From Chitinophagaceae bacterium (GTDB taxonomy: Bacteria; Bacteroidota; Bacteroidia; Chitinophagales; Chitinophagaceae), in contig JACMLD010000299.1 of the NCBI GenBank assembly GCA_014379785.1, positions 1 to 38,104 of the forward strand: DNA of 38,104 nt, written 5' to 3'. Within the stretch, counting starts at the first letter, position 1. Every line of letters starts with the position of its first letter. Of this stretch, positions 27,136 through 36,187 are shown in pieces. Below the pieces are notes generated by a model, which made no database searches, was not told where the DNA came from, and saw only the letters and a list, made by a program, of their open reading frames with translations. The translations under genes were made by a program, and so were the position numbers.

Positions 27136-27240
27136 GTCATGCCGCAGCCGACTCCGTGCGCCGAACCGATAGCGAAGGAGCAGGCATCCCCGGCCGGTAA
27201 TTACCTGACAGCGGTTGGGGACCCTCGGCTCCGGGGTGAC
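27136..27240. repeat. GC-rich nested-palindrome intergenic repeat, copy B
   Basis: Long arm GTCATGCC...GGCATCCCC, core GGCCGGTAATTACCTGACAGCGGTT and short arm GGGGACCCTCGGCTCCGGGGTGAC. The core matches copy C2 (CCCCRGCCGG...ACAGCGGTKGGGG). Confidence 0.65.
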
Positions 27241-27279
27241 GGCACCCAACAGTTAACCAATCAACTAACTATTATTCAT

Positions 27280-28608
27280 ATGAATATTGTTCCTAAACTT
27301 TTTCTTTCTGCGGTCATACTGATAGCATCAACTAACAGTCATGCGCAAACGGTACAGCAGCAAATCGATCAGAAGGCAGCAAAAATTCTGACGAAGGTGA
27401 TTGAATGGCGGCGGCATATTCACGAACATCCCGAACTTGGGAACAGAGAATTCAAGACAGCGGAATACATTGCTGCACATCTCAAAAGTCTTGGACTCGA
27501 AGTAAAAACTGGTGTTGCAAAAACCGGTGTGGTTGCGCTGCTCAAAGGCGGCAAGCCCGGACCGGTAATAGCACTCAGGGCAGACATTGACGGACTGCCG
27601 GTGCATGAGAGGGTCGCACTGCCCTTTGCATCGAAGGATTCGGCAGATTACCTGGGCCAAAGACTACCGGTTATGCATGCCTGCGGACACGACAGTCATA
27701 TCGCAATTCTCATGGGGACGGCCGAAGTGCTGACTTCCATGAAAAAGGACATTGCCGGTACCGTGAAGTTCATCTTTCAGCCAGCTGAAGAAGGTCCTCC
27801 CGGCGACGAAGAAGGCGGAGCACCGCTGATGGTAAAAGAAGGCGTCATGGACAATCCAAAAGTCGATGCCATATTTGGTCTTCACATTTCCTCTTCTACA
27901 GAGTCAGGCACTATCAAATACAAAGCCGGACCATTCATGGCTTCGAGCGATTGGTTTACTATAAAAATAAAAGGAAAGCAGGCCCATGGCTCGGCGCCCT
28001 GGGGGAGCATAGATCCAATTGTAGTAGGTGCGCAAATTATCAATGGGTTGCAAACCATTGTGAGCAGACAGGAAAACATTGTAAAGGCACCGGTGGTGAT
28101 TACTGTAGGTAAATTTCACAGCGGCGTCAGAAGCAATATCATTCCAGAGGAAGCGATACTGGATGGCACGATCCGCACACTTGACGCCGAAATGCAAAAG
28201 GAAGTCCATTCAAAAATCCGGAGAATGGCTGAAAACATTGCGGCAGCGTCCGGCGCTACAGTAGAAGTAACCATTGACACAAAAACACTGGTCACCTACA
28301 ATGACTCATCACTGGTCACCATGATGGCGCCTTCATTGCACAAGGCCACTCCAATTGTCACTACCACACAGTGGACGACGGGTGCAGAGGATTTCTCCTA
28401 TTTCGGAGAAAAGGCTCCGGCCTTTTTCTTCAACCTTGGAGGAATGCCAAAAGGAAAAGATCCCAAGGACGCTCCGGGTCACCATACACCCGAGTTTTTT
28501 ATAGACGACAGTCAGCTGGATGTCGGTGTAAAAGTTTTCTGCCACCTGGTTTTCGATTACCCGTCAAAGGCACAGGCAAAGACTTCTGAAAACAAGAAGG
28601 GTTTCTAA
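27280..28608 (+). CDS. M20D-family amidohydrolase (aminoacylase/hippurate hydrolase-like), secreted
   Basis: Signal peptide MNIVPKLFLSAVILIASTNSHAQ. Motifs WRRHIHEHPELGNRE, ALRADIDGLPV, MHACGHDSH and GAEDFSYF. I chose the ATG at 27280; the tracked ORF start at 27139 runs through repeat copy B. Confidence 0.87.
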   Translation: MNIVPKLFLSAVILIASTNSHAQTVQQQIDQKAAKILTKVIEWRRHIHEHPELGNREFKTAEYIAAHLKSLGLEVKTGVAKTGVVALLKGGKPGPVIALRADIDGLPVHERVALPFASKDSADYLGQRLPVMHACGHDSHIAILMGTAEVLTSMKKDIAGTVKFIFQPAEEGPPGDEEGGAPLMVKEGVMDNPKVDAIFGLHISSSTESGTIKYKAGPFMASSDWFTIKIKGKQAHGSAPWGSIDPIVVGAQIINGLQTIVSRQENIVKAPVVITVGKFHSGVRSNIIPEEAILDGTIRTLDAEMQKEVHSKIRRMAENIAAASGATVEVTIDTKTLVTYNDSSLVTMMAPSLHKATPIVTTTQWTTGAEDFSYFGEKAPAFFFNLGGMPKGKDPKDAPGHHTPEFFIDDSQLDVGVKVFCHLVFDYPSKAQAKTSENKKGF

Positions 28609-28646
28609 GGCATAACTATTGCAACAGCCGAGTAAAAATCATCAAC

Positions 28647-28862
28647 ATGAAAACACTTGGCATAATCCTGATAGTTCTCGGCATTGCTATGCTGATATTC
28701 CGTGGATTCAATCTTCAGACTGAAAAGAAGGTGGTAGACATCGGCCCTCTCGAAGTGAACAAGACAGAAAACAGATGGGTAGGCTGGCCGGTATATGGCG
28801 GCGCTATTGCCATTATTGCTGGTATTGTGCTTGTAGTGGCCGACAGGAAAAAAACAGTGTAG
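28647..28862 (+). CDS. small two-TM membrane protein
   Basis: 71 aa with hydrophobic helices at both ends (LGIILIVLGIAMLIF and GGAIAIIAGIVLVVA). No function recognised. Confidence 0.5.
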   Translation: MKTLGIILIVLGIAMLIFRGFNLQTEKKVVDIGPLEVNKTENRWVGWPVYGGAIAIIAGIVLVVADRKKTV

Positions 28863-28956
28863 TCACCCCGAGCGCAGTCGAGGGATCCCCAACCGACCGG
28901 GGTCGGGAGTAATAGCACCCCGACTTGTCGGGGTCGCTGAGTTCGGTAGAAATGAC
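28862..28956. repeat. GC-rich nested-palindrome intergenic repeat, copy C1
   Basis: Arm GTCACCCCGAGCGCAGTCGAGGGATCCCC. The core contains GGGAGTAATAGCA, as in copy A. Ends ...GGTAGAAATGAC. Begins on the last base of the preceding stop codon. Confidence 0.7.
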
Positions 28957-28968
28957 TGCACTCGCAAC

Positions 28969-29078
28969 GTCATGTCGAGCGAAGCCGAGACATCCCCAGC
29001 CGGCCGGAGTTGTGTAACTTACAGCGGTGGGGGATTTCTCCACTCCCTCTCGCTGCGCTCGAGGTCGGTCGAAATGAC
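28969..29078. repeat. GC-rich nested-palindrome intergenic repeat, copy C2 (tandem with C1)
   Basis: Short arm GTCATGTCGAGCGAAGCCGAGACATCCCC, core AGCCGGCCGGAGTTGTGTAACTTACAGCGGTG and long arm GGGGGATTTCTCCACTCCCTCTCGCTGCGCTCGAGGTCGGTCGAAATGAC. Ends 17 nt from the glnS stop. Confidence 0.7.
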
Positions 29079-29095
29079 TTTCACCCTACGCAGAC

Positions 29096-30775
29096 TTATT
29101 TCTTCTTGTCTTTCGCCCAGGTATCTTTCAGCGTTACCGTCCGGTTGAAAACCATTTTTTCAGCTGTACTTTCTTTATCGATACAGAAATATCCCTTTCG
29201 GATAAACTGATAGGATGCATCAGCGGTTGATTCCGCGAGCGCGGGTTCTGCGTATGCTTTGCTTATCACATGCAGCGAATCTGTATTGATATGATCTTTG
29301 AAGTCCCCTTCAGCATTACCAACATCTTCTACCTTAAACAGCCGGTCATAGATTCTCACTTCACTGTCAACAGCATGCTTGCAACTAACCCAGTGTAGTG
29401 TGCCTTGCGGCTTTAGTCCGGAAGTATCCGCGCCGCTTTTGCTTTGAGGCAGGTACTCGCAATGAATCTCTGTAATGATCCCATTTTCGTCTTTTATCGC
29501 ACCCGTACATTCTACGATGTAAGCGCTTTTAAGACGGACCTTCGCTCCCGGCGTGAGTCTAAAATATTTTTTAGGAGCATTCTCCATAAAATCATCCCGC
29601 TCAATATACAGTTCGCGTGTAAAAGGAATTTCCCGATGCCCACCAGCAGGGTCTTCCGGATTGTTTTCGCTGCTCACCATTTCAACCTGGTCTGCAGGGT
29701 AATTTGTAAGAACCAGCTTTACAGGATCAAAGACCACCATACGCCTTTGTGCGATTTTATTCAGGTGTTCGCGGACACAGAATTCCAGCAACGACACATC
29801 AATGAGGTTATCCCTTTTTGCGACGCCGATGCGCTCACAGAACTGGCGGATGCTGTCTGATGTATATCCGCGTCTGCGCATACCCGTTATAGTCGGCATC
29901 CTGGGATCATCCCAACCATGCACGTATTTTTCATTGACGAGTTGCAACAACTTCCTTTTGCTCATTACGGTATAGGTGAGATTGAGTCGGGCAAACTCAT
30001 ACTGATGCGAAGGGAAAAGCGCCAGCTTTTCTATACACCAGTCGTACAATGGCCGGTGCGGTATGAACTCGAGTGTACAAATGGAATGGGTAATATTTTC
30101 GAGGGCATCGCTCTGACCATGAGCAAAATCATACATCGGATAAATACACCATTTATCACCTGTACGGTGATGATGTGCGTGTTTTATACGATACAGCAAC
30201 GGGTCACGCAGGTGCATATTGGGTGAAGCCATATCGATTTTCGCTCTCAATACCTTTTCTCCATCTCTGTATTTTCCTGCACGCATCTCATCGAAGAGCT
30301 GAAGGTTCTCCTCTAGGCTCCTGTCGGCGAAACGATTCCTGGTGCCAGGTTGTGTAGGACTACCCTTCTCTTTCGCTATCTCCTCGCTGCTACTGTCATC
30401 CACATAAGCCAATCCTTTTTTTATCAGTTCCTGCGCAAATCCAAAAAGCTGTTCAAAATAATCAGAAGCGTATAATTCATTTTTCCAGTTAAAGCCCAGC
30501 CAGCGTACATCATCTTTTATGCTGTCGACATACTCCGTGTCTTCCGTAACCGGATTTGTATCGTCAAATCTGAGATTGGTAGAGCCTCCGTATTTTATGG
30601 CAAGTCCGAAATTGAGACAGATTGATTTTGCATGGCCGATATGCAGGTAACCGTTTGGCTCCGGGGGAAACCTTGTAAGCACAGACTGATGCTTTCCGCT
30701 CTTCAGATCCTCTTCAATTATTTCCTCAATAAAGTTGAGCGATTTTTCTTCGGCCTTATTTGTTTCTTCCATCAT
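29096..30775 (-). CDS. glnS: glutamine--tRNA ligase
   Basis: RFPPEPNGYLHIGHAKS (HIGH motif) and VMSKRKL (KMSKS motif). 559 aa. Confidence 0.95.
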   Translation of the reverse strand: MMEETNKAEEKSLNFIEEIIEEDLKSGKHQSVLTRFPPEPNGYLHIGHAKSICLNFGLAIKYGGSTNLRFDDTNPVTEDTEYVDSIKDDVRWLGFNWKNELYASDYFEQLFGFAQELIKKGLAYVDDSSSEEIAKEKGSPTQPGTRNRFADRSLEENLQLFDEMRAGKYRDGEKVLRAKIDMASPNMHLRDPLLYRIKHAHHHRTGDKWCIYPMYDFAHGQSDALENITHSICTLEFIPHRPLYDWCIEKLALFPSHQYEFARLNLTYTVMSKRKLLQLVNEKYVHGWDDPRMPTITGMRRRGYTSDSIRQFCERIGVAKRDNLIDVSLLEFCVREHLNKIAQRRMVVFDPVKLVLTNYPADQVEMVSSENNPEDPAGGHREIPFTRELYIERDDFMENAPKKYFRLTPGAKVRLKSAYIVECTGAIKDENGIITEIHCEYLPQSKSGADTSGLKPQGTLHWVSCKHAVDSEVRIYDRLFKVEDVGNAEGDFKDHINTDSLHVISKAYAEPALAESTADASYQFIRKGYFCIDKESTAEKMVFNRTVTLKDTWAKDKKK

Positions 30776-30788
30776 CTTGTAATTGCAG

Positions 30789-30796
30789 CAAATTTA
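30789..30796 (-). promoter_or_regulatory. candidate -7 box TAAATTTG for glnS
   Basis: Perfect TAnnTTTG on the minus strand, 13 nt upstream of the ATG at 30775. It is embedded in a weak hairpin, TGCAG-N8-CTGCA. Confidence 0.4.
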
Positions 30797-30814
30797 CTGC
30801 ATTGACGGCTATTT

Positions 30815-31540
30815 TCACCTTTTCAGAAGGCGGTTCTGGAGTATTTTGTGTAGTACTTCTTCTTTGATACTTCTGCTCACCGGTATCCGGTGCGGGCCAA
30901 TGCGAAGCTCGTTGCCTTCAATGGTCTCCACTTTGTCTGCGGCCACAATAAAAGATTTATGCACCTTGATAAAGCGGGAACCGGGTAGCTGTTCTTCCAC
31001 GCTTTTAATTGTCAGATAGCTTACATACTTTTTTGCAGTCGTATATACAGCCACATAATTCTGAAGAGCCTCAATAAACAGCACTTCATCGTGTGCGACC
31101 TTCACGAGTTTGTTGTCCGTCTTAACAAAGAAATAGCCGGCATCGGTGGCAACTTCAGGAGTCGGGATACGATGCGCACCTTCGTAATGTGTTTTTGCTT
31201 TTAAGACCGCTTTCAGAAACCGATCAAAGGAGAATGGCTTCAGGAGATAATCGATCACATTCAATTCAAATCCCTGCAGTGCATATTCGGGATATGCTGT
31301 GGTGATAATGGCAAGTGGTGGCTGAGCCAGGCTTCGAAGAAAATCCAGACCAGTGATCTTTGGCATTTGAATATCAAGAAGCAATAAATGCACGTCACCG
31401 GAAGTGAGTGCTGCGGTGGCTTTCAGTGGATTTTCATATTCACCCCTCAAGGACAGAAAGTCCATTTCCGCGATATACTCTTTGAGCCCCTTTCTCGCGA
31501 GCGGCTCATCGTCAATGATTATGCAGTTGAGTTTTGTCAT
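30815..31540 (-). CDS. LytR/AlgR-family response regulator (receiver plus LytTR DNA-binding domain)
   Basis: CIIIDDEPLARKGL...LLLLDIQMPKITG is a receiver domain. The C-terminal part, FIKVHKSFIV...RIPVSRS, is a LytTR domain. The start overlaps the kinase stop (ATGA). Confidence 0.9.
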   Translation of the reverse strand: MTKLNCIIIDDEPLARKGLKEYIAEMDFLSLRGEYENPLKATAALTSGDVHLLLLDIQMPKITGLDFLRSLAQPPLAIITTAYPEYALQGFELNVIDYLLKPFSFDRFLKAVLKAKTHYEGAHRIPTPEVATDAGYFFVKTDNKLVKVAHDEVLFIEALQNYVAVYTTAKKYVSYLTIKSVEEQLPGSRFIKVHKSFIVAADKVETIEGNELRIGPHRIPVSRSIKEEVLHKILQNRLLKR

Positions 31541-32592
31541 GACAGTGATTCTGAAATTTCGTCTGCCTGCAGCACCAAAGTTACCGCGTAGAGCTGCTCT
31601 TCGTTTTTTATTTCCAGCGTATACTTTTCAGGGTACAGCAAATCGAGTCGCCGGCGCACATTTGCCAAACCGATACCACCCCACCCGGGAAAGGCAACAG
31701 ATGATTCCTCTTTGGAATTGAAAACAGAAAAATGGAGACTTTTTCCTGTAAGTCGGACAGCCACCCGAATGAAATTCTTTTGATCACTGTGATGCGAAAC
31801 ATGCTTGAAAGCATTTTCCACAAAAGGTATAAGAAGCAATGGAGTGATCTGCAAACCAGAAAAATCACCTTCTTTTTTCAATTCCACTTCATAATTCTGG
31901 TTGAGTCGTATCTCGTGCAGATGCATATAGTCGCTGAGAAAAACCAGTTCTTTCGCAATGTCTATTTTGTCGGCGCTGCAATCGTACAGCTGATATCTCA
32001 ACAAATCTGAAAACCGGAGCAGGGTATCCCTGGCGGCCGCGTTGGTTTTATCTATCAGAAAATACACGGCATTGAGTGAGTTGAAAAGAAAATGCGGATT
32101 CAACTGACCACGCAGGTATTGCAATTCCGTTTCGGTTTTCTCCCGCGAAATGGCAGCCAGGTTTTTCTGCGAAATGATATACTGCTGAACCATTTTGGCG
32201 GCCGCTCCTGTGCTGACAAGTAAAAACAACGGAATGATATTGTCGTATGCCCGGGCTTTGAAATTATCAAATACCCTCAAAGGAATGGCAAAAAAGGGCT
32301 GCAGCAAATGCATGATCATCGCAATCTTGATGATGCCCAATCCAATGATTGACGACAGATAGACGATCGCAAAAACAAGATACTTTTTTCTATTGAGGAA
32401 AACGGGGATCAGCAAATAATTAGTAAAGTACACCAGGATAGCAAGGATGCTTACTTTGACTGCTGTGATCTGTACCGCAACAGTGGCATTGGGATAGTTG
32501 GGATTCCTGAAATAAAACCAGCCTGCAAAGAAAAGCAGCCAGACAAGCAGGTGATGAAGTTTGTATTTAAGAAGTATTTCCCGGTAATCCAT
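31537..32592 (-). CDS. LytS-type sensor histidine kinase (multi-TM plus His_kinase PF06580 domain)
   Basis: Several N-terminal TM helices. LRGQLNPHFLFNSLNAVYFLI H-box, and LLLIPFVENAFKH (N box). I prefer the ATG at 32592; a TTG lies at 32610. Confidence 0.85.
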   Translation of the reverse strand: MDYREILLKYKLHHLLVWLLFFAGWFYFRNPNYPNATVAVQITAVKVSILAILVYFTNYLLIPVFLNRKKYLVFAIVYLSSIIGLGIIKIAMIMHLLQPFFAIPLRVFDNFKARAYDNIIPLFLLVSTGAAAKMVQQYIISQKNLAAISREKTETELQYLRGQLNPHFLFNSLNAVYFLIDKTNAAARDTLLRFSDLLRYQLYDCSADKIDIAKELVFLSDYMHLHEIRLNQNYEVELKKEGDFSGLQITPLLLIPFVENAFKHVSHHSDQKNFIRVAVRLTGKSLHFSVFNSKEESSVAFPGWGGIGLANVRRRLDLLYPEKYTLEIKNEEQLYAVTLVLQADEISESLS

Positions 32593-32690
32593 ATTCAAAT
32601 TACTGAACAATCAACCGCATTTTGATGAGAATTATCTGAGCGGGTGATTATTCTTGACGAAATGTTGGACTGAACCAGCTCCGCACACGC

Positions 32691-33338
32691 TTAGTTGCGT
32701 CTGCCAAACAAAAGACTACCAATCCGGACCATATTGCTACCTTCCTCTAACGCCAATGCGTAATCGCCACTCATGCCCATCGACAGGATTCGGAAATCAG
32801 GCAGCTCCTGATAACCATTAAAAACTTCGTGTAATTTTCTAAATTCCAAACGCACCTTTTCCGTATCGTCGGTATTTGAAGCCATGCCCATCAAGCCGCA
32901 AATTTTAACCCCAGGCAGTGCATCTTTTTGTTGCATTATCTCAGTGAGCTCACCCTCGTCGAGTCCGAATTTTGATTCCTCTACTGCGATATGCACTTGC
33001 AGCAGCACGTTGACCGTACGCCCCATCTTTGCAGCCTGTTTGTTTATTTCCTTTAAGAGCTTCAGGCTGTCTACCCCCTGGATGAGGTAAGCGAAGGAAA
33101 TGATCTGTTTTACTTTGTTTGACTGCAGATGTCCGATGAAGTGCCAGCGGATATCGTCCGGAAGTTTTGATTGCTTGTCCACCAGTTCCTGCACATAGTT
33201 CTCACCAAAATCGCGCTGACCGAGATTGTACAGTGCCAATATCTCTTCCGGCTGACGGATTTTGGAAACCGCCACTAGGACGGCCGATTCGGACAATTCT
33301 TTTTGCAAAGCGTGCCATGCCTGGCTGTTTACACCCAT
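32691..33338 (-). CDS. yggS: YggS-family pyridoxal-phosphate homeostasis protein
   Basis: LVAVSKIRQPEEI (PLP lysine), FGENYVQEL, WHFIGHLQSNK, LSMGMSGD and VRIGSLLFG. Confidence 0.88.
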   Translation of the reverse strand: MGVNSQAWHALQKELSESAVLVAVSKIRQPEEILALYNLGQRDFGENYVQELVDKQSKLPDDIRWHFIGHLQSNKVKQIISFAYLIQGVDSLKLLKEINKQAAKMGRTVNVLLQVHIAVEESKFGLDEGELTEIMQQKDALPGVKICGLMGMASNTDDTEKVRLEFRKLHEVFNGYQELPDFRILSMGMSGDYALALEEGSNMVRIGSLLFGRRN

Positions 33339-33363
33339 AATGCGAAAGTCCGAACTTCCTTCC

Positions 33364-34518
33364 TTATTTTAAAATAGATCTGCCGATGACGATTCGCTGC
33401 ACTTCGCTGGTGCCCTCATAGATCTGGGTGATTTTTGCATCGCGCATCAGCCTCTCCACGTGGTATTCTTTTACATATCCGTATCCGCCATGGATCTGCA
33501 CGGCCTCAACAGAAGCCCACATGGCTGTTTCTGAAGCAAAGACTTTTGCCATGGAAGAACTCAGGGTAAAATCCTGTTTCTGGTCTTTTTCGTAGGCAGC
33601 CTTGAGACATAATAATTTTGACGCCTCGATACGCGTCGCCATATCAGCCAGCTTAAATTGTATAATCTGGTGATGCATTATTTCTTTGCCAAATGCTTTT
33701 CTTTCTTTGGAATATTTCAATGACAACTCATATGCGCCGCCGGCGATACCGAGCGCCTGCGAAGCAATGCCTATCCGGCCACCAGCCAGGGTTTTCATTG
33801 CAAAGGTGAAACCGAAACCATTCTCTTTGATGAGGTTTTCCTTCGGTATTTTCACATCCGAGAACAGAATGCTATGAGTGTCGCTGCCGCGGATACCCAG
33901 CTTGTTTTCTTTGGCGCCAACAGTTACCCCGGGCCAGCTTTTTTCTACAATGAATGCGTTGATTCCTCTGCTTCCCTTTGCAACATCTGTCTGCGCAATC
34001 ACGAGATATACGCTGGCAGAATTTCCGTTTGTAATCCAGTTTTTTGTGCCGTTCAGCAGATAATGATCACCCATATCTTCCGCGGTGGTCCTTTGGGAAG
34101 TAGCATCACTGCCTGCTTCGGGTTCACTCAGCAGAAATGCGCCCAGGTATAGTTCTCCATCTTTTCTTCCCTGTGCGAGCGGAGTGAGATATTTTTTCTT
34201 TTGCTCCACTGTACCATACATATCGAGGCCCCAGCACACCAGGCTGTTGTTTACACTCATACATACGCTTACACTGGCATCGATCTTACTGATCTCTTCG
34301 ATCGCCAGCACATAACTGATGGTATCCATTCCTGCCCCACCGTACTCAGGATCCACCATCATTCCCATAAATCCAAGTTCAGCGAGTTTCATCACCTGCT
34401 CCGCAGGAAATTTCTGTAATTCATCCCGCTCGATAACTCCGGGCAGACATTCGTTCTGCGCAAAATCGCGGGCCGCCTTTTGAATCATCAGATGTTCTTC
34501 ACTCAATTGGAAATGCAT
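33364..34518 (-). CDS. acyl-CoA dehydrogenase (short/branched-chain type)
   Basis: 384 aa. LSEPEAGSDA, NGTKNWITNG, QIHGGYGY and YEGTSEVQRIVIGRSIL. Confidence 0.9.
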   Translation of the reverse strand: MHFQLSEEHLMIQKAARDFAQNECLPGVIERDELQKFPAEQVMKLAELGFMGMMVDPEYGGAGMDTISYVLAIEEISKIDASVSVCMSVNNSLVCWGLDMYGTVEQKKKYLTPLAQGRKDGELYLGAFLLSEPEAGSDATSQRTTAEDMGDHYLLNGTKNWITNGNSASVYLVIAQTDVAKGSRGINAFIVEKSWPGVTVGAKENKLGIRGSDTHSILFSDVKIPKENLIKENGFGFTFAMKTLAGGRIGIASQALGIAGGAYELSLKYSKERKAFGKEIMHHQIIQFKLADMATRIEASKLLCLKAAYEKDQKQDFTLSSSMAKVFASETAMWASVEAVQIHGGYGYVKEYHVERLMRDAKITQIYEGTSEVQRIVIGRSILK

Positions 34519-34538
34519 GGTAAGTGTTTAAAGTGCCG

Positions 34539-34546
34539 CAAAAATA
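34539..34546 (-). promoter_or_regulatory. candidate -7 box TATTTTTG for the acyl-CoA dehydrogenase gene
   Basis: Perfect TAnnTTTG on the minus strand, 20 nt upstream of the ATG at 34518 and downstream of the long hairpin. Confidence 0.35.
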
Positions 34547-34584
34547 ATCAAAAGATTGAATGAAACTAACGAATGATAGTTTGA

Positions 34585-34640
34585 GTTTACTAAACAGAAA
34601 CAGCCTCCTGGCGGCAGGAGGCAGTTTCTGTTTAGTAAAC
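34585..34640. repeat. 56-nt near-perfect hairpin (26-bp stem, GCGG loop)
   Basis: GTTTACTAAACAGAAACAGCCTCCTG (34585-34610) pairs with CAGGAGGCAGTTTCTGTTTAGTAAAC (34615-34640) at 25/26 positions. There is no flanking T-tract on either strand. Confidence 0.75.
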
Positions 34641-34671
34641 TAGGTATCAGTTCGAAGTTAAAAGTTGGAAG

Positions 34672-34926
34672 TTAGTTCCCGAGTTCCGAGAAATGAAAGC
34701 CTTCTTCGCTCAGAACGTGGCTGTTTGGCACCAGATTCAACAAAGAGCGGTGGACGTATTCTTCCATCTCCTGTTTTTTGCGTTCGCTTAAAATTCTGTT
34801 TTTTCTTGTAAGCTGAAGAGACTGAAGTTTCAATAATGCCAGTCGGGAGAGCTGAGAAATGTGATCATCGTTGTAGCGGAACCTTTCTGCAAGGTAATCC
34901 TGCTGATTAAGGATTGGATTCATCAT
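34672..34926 (-). CDS. hypothetical small protein (84 aa)
   Basis: This is the only sizeable ORF in the gap. It is charged and probably helical (KNRILSERKKQEMEEY). No recognisable motif, so its coding status is uncertain. Confidence 0.4.
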   Translation of the reverse strand: MMNPILNQQDYLAERFRYNDDHISQLSRLALLKLQSLQLTRKNRILSERKKQEMEEYVHRSLLNLVPNSHVLSEEGFHFSELGN

Positions 34927-35012
34927 AGACGGATTTTGGTTTTCTACAGTTATCGGATGCTTAAAAAACGGAAGTAGTATTGAAATATTGTGCGGTTTTC
35001 AGGCGCTAATGG

Positions 35013-36152
35013 TTAATCCCGACACATCAGTAAAGCTATTTCCTCTCCCGCAACCGGTGCAAGGGCCACTCCCATGCCGCTCATTCTCACAGCGCAGTAA
35101 ATATTTTTTTTGATTTTCCTGATGACAGGCATTTTTTCGCCTCCCATGCCCATGATACCAGCCCAGCGGTCGGTGATAGTAAAATCACGTCCCGGCAAAA
35201 CGACTTTTTGTAAAAAATCTTCAAGCGCCTGTTGTATGCCAGGTGTTACCAAAGCATCATGTGATCGTTCGTTTTCGATGTCGCTGTTTCTCGCGCCGCC
35301 TAGCAATACCCTGTCGCCCAGGTTTCTGAAATAATAAAAACCTTCATCGTGATGAAAGCAGCCCCTGAAAGGAAGATCAGCAATGGCAGAAGTTACGAGT
35401 ACCTGTCCCCTCGCCGGAATCACATCAATTTTCGGAAGCAGATCGGCAGCAAATGCATTTGTGCAAATCAATAACTGAGCTGTGGTGAACGTAACCGGGA
35501 TATTGGTGGTGAGCTCAACCTTGTTATTGATTTTCTTGAAGGAGCTGACATTTACCTGGGTCATGATCTGGACCCCCATGGATTGCACCAGCTGGACCAG
35601 GGCCTGTAAAAGCTTTCCTGAGTGCAGCTGTGCCTCCAATTTATTCTCGACAAGAAACGCCGATTGACCAAACGAAAATCTGCGTAATTTTTTTTGTGAG
35701 ATGCGGAAAGTCTTTTCTTTTTTTGTAATCTTTCTGAGCAGGCGGTTGATACGGTCAATGTCGAACTGCAGTACGCGTTCATCCGCATATTGACTGTTGC
35801 TGATCAGTTCAAAGCCTCCGAGTTTTTCGAGACCGATTTCTTTTTTTGTGAATAGTTTTTTTATGCGCTGCAAACCTTCGAACCGCATGGAGACCAGCTC
35901 AAGCATCTTTTTTTCACCCATTGTTGCCGCATCGTCCATCAGTTCGGTCAGACTGCCGAAGCATGCAAACCCCGCATTCCGCGTACTTGCTCCACTCGGA
36001 ATCAAACCTCTTTCAAGTATGAGAATATTGGCAGAGGGCCTGAGTTTTTTCAGGTGATACGCGCTCCAGAGGCCCGACAGGCCACTGCCGACGATGATGA
36101 TATCCCTGGGACCATAGAACGTTTCCTTTTCCCAGATGGACGGTTCAAACAT
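35013..36152 (-). CDS. FAD-dependent oxidoreductase (DAO family)
   Basis: N-terminal Rossmann motif DIIIVGSGLSGLWSAYHL and ASTRNAGF. 379 aa, with DAO-like length and layout. Confidence 0.8.
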   Translation of the reverse strand: MFEPSIWEKETFYGPRDIIIVGSGLSGLWSAYHLKKLRPSANILILERGLIPSGASTRNAGFACFGSLTELMDDAATMGEKKMLELVSMRFEGLQRIKKLFTKKEIGLEKLGGFELISNSQYADERVLQFDIDRINRLLRKITKKEKTFRISQKKLRRFSFGQSAFLVENKLEAQLHSGKLLQALVQLVQSMGVQIMTQVNVSSFKKINNKVELTTNIPVTFTTAQLLICTNAFAADLLPKIDVIPARGQVLVTSAIADLPFRGCFHHDEGFYYFRNLGDRVLLGGARNSDIENERSHDALVTPGIQQALEDFLQKVVLPGRDFTITDRWAGIMGMGGEKMPVIRKIKKNIYCAVRMSGMGVALAPVAGEEIALLMCRD

Positions 36153-36159
36153 GTGAAAT

Positions 36160-36184
36160 ATTTCGGAGAAAGTTAATCCGAAAT
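36160..36184 (-). other. intercistronic hairpin between the OMP gene and the FAD oxidoreductase gene
   Basis: ATTTCGGA-N9-TCCGAAAT forms a perfect 8-bp stem filling most of the 35-nt gap. The T-tract on the transcribed (minus) strand is weak. Confidence 0.35.
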
Positions 36185-36187
36185 TTT

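Noticed and set aside
27139-27279. An N-terminal extension of the amidohydrolase ORF (47 extra codons, MPQPTPCAEP...).
   Set aside because: The extension is encoded entirely by repeat copy B. A classical signal peptide starts at the ATG at 27280.
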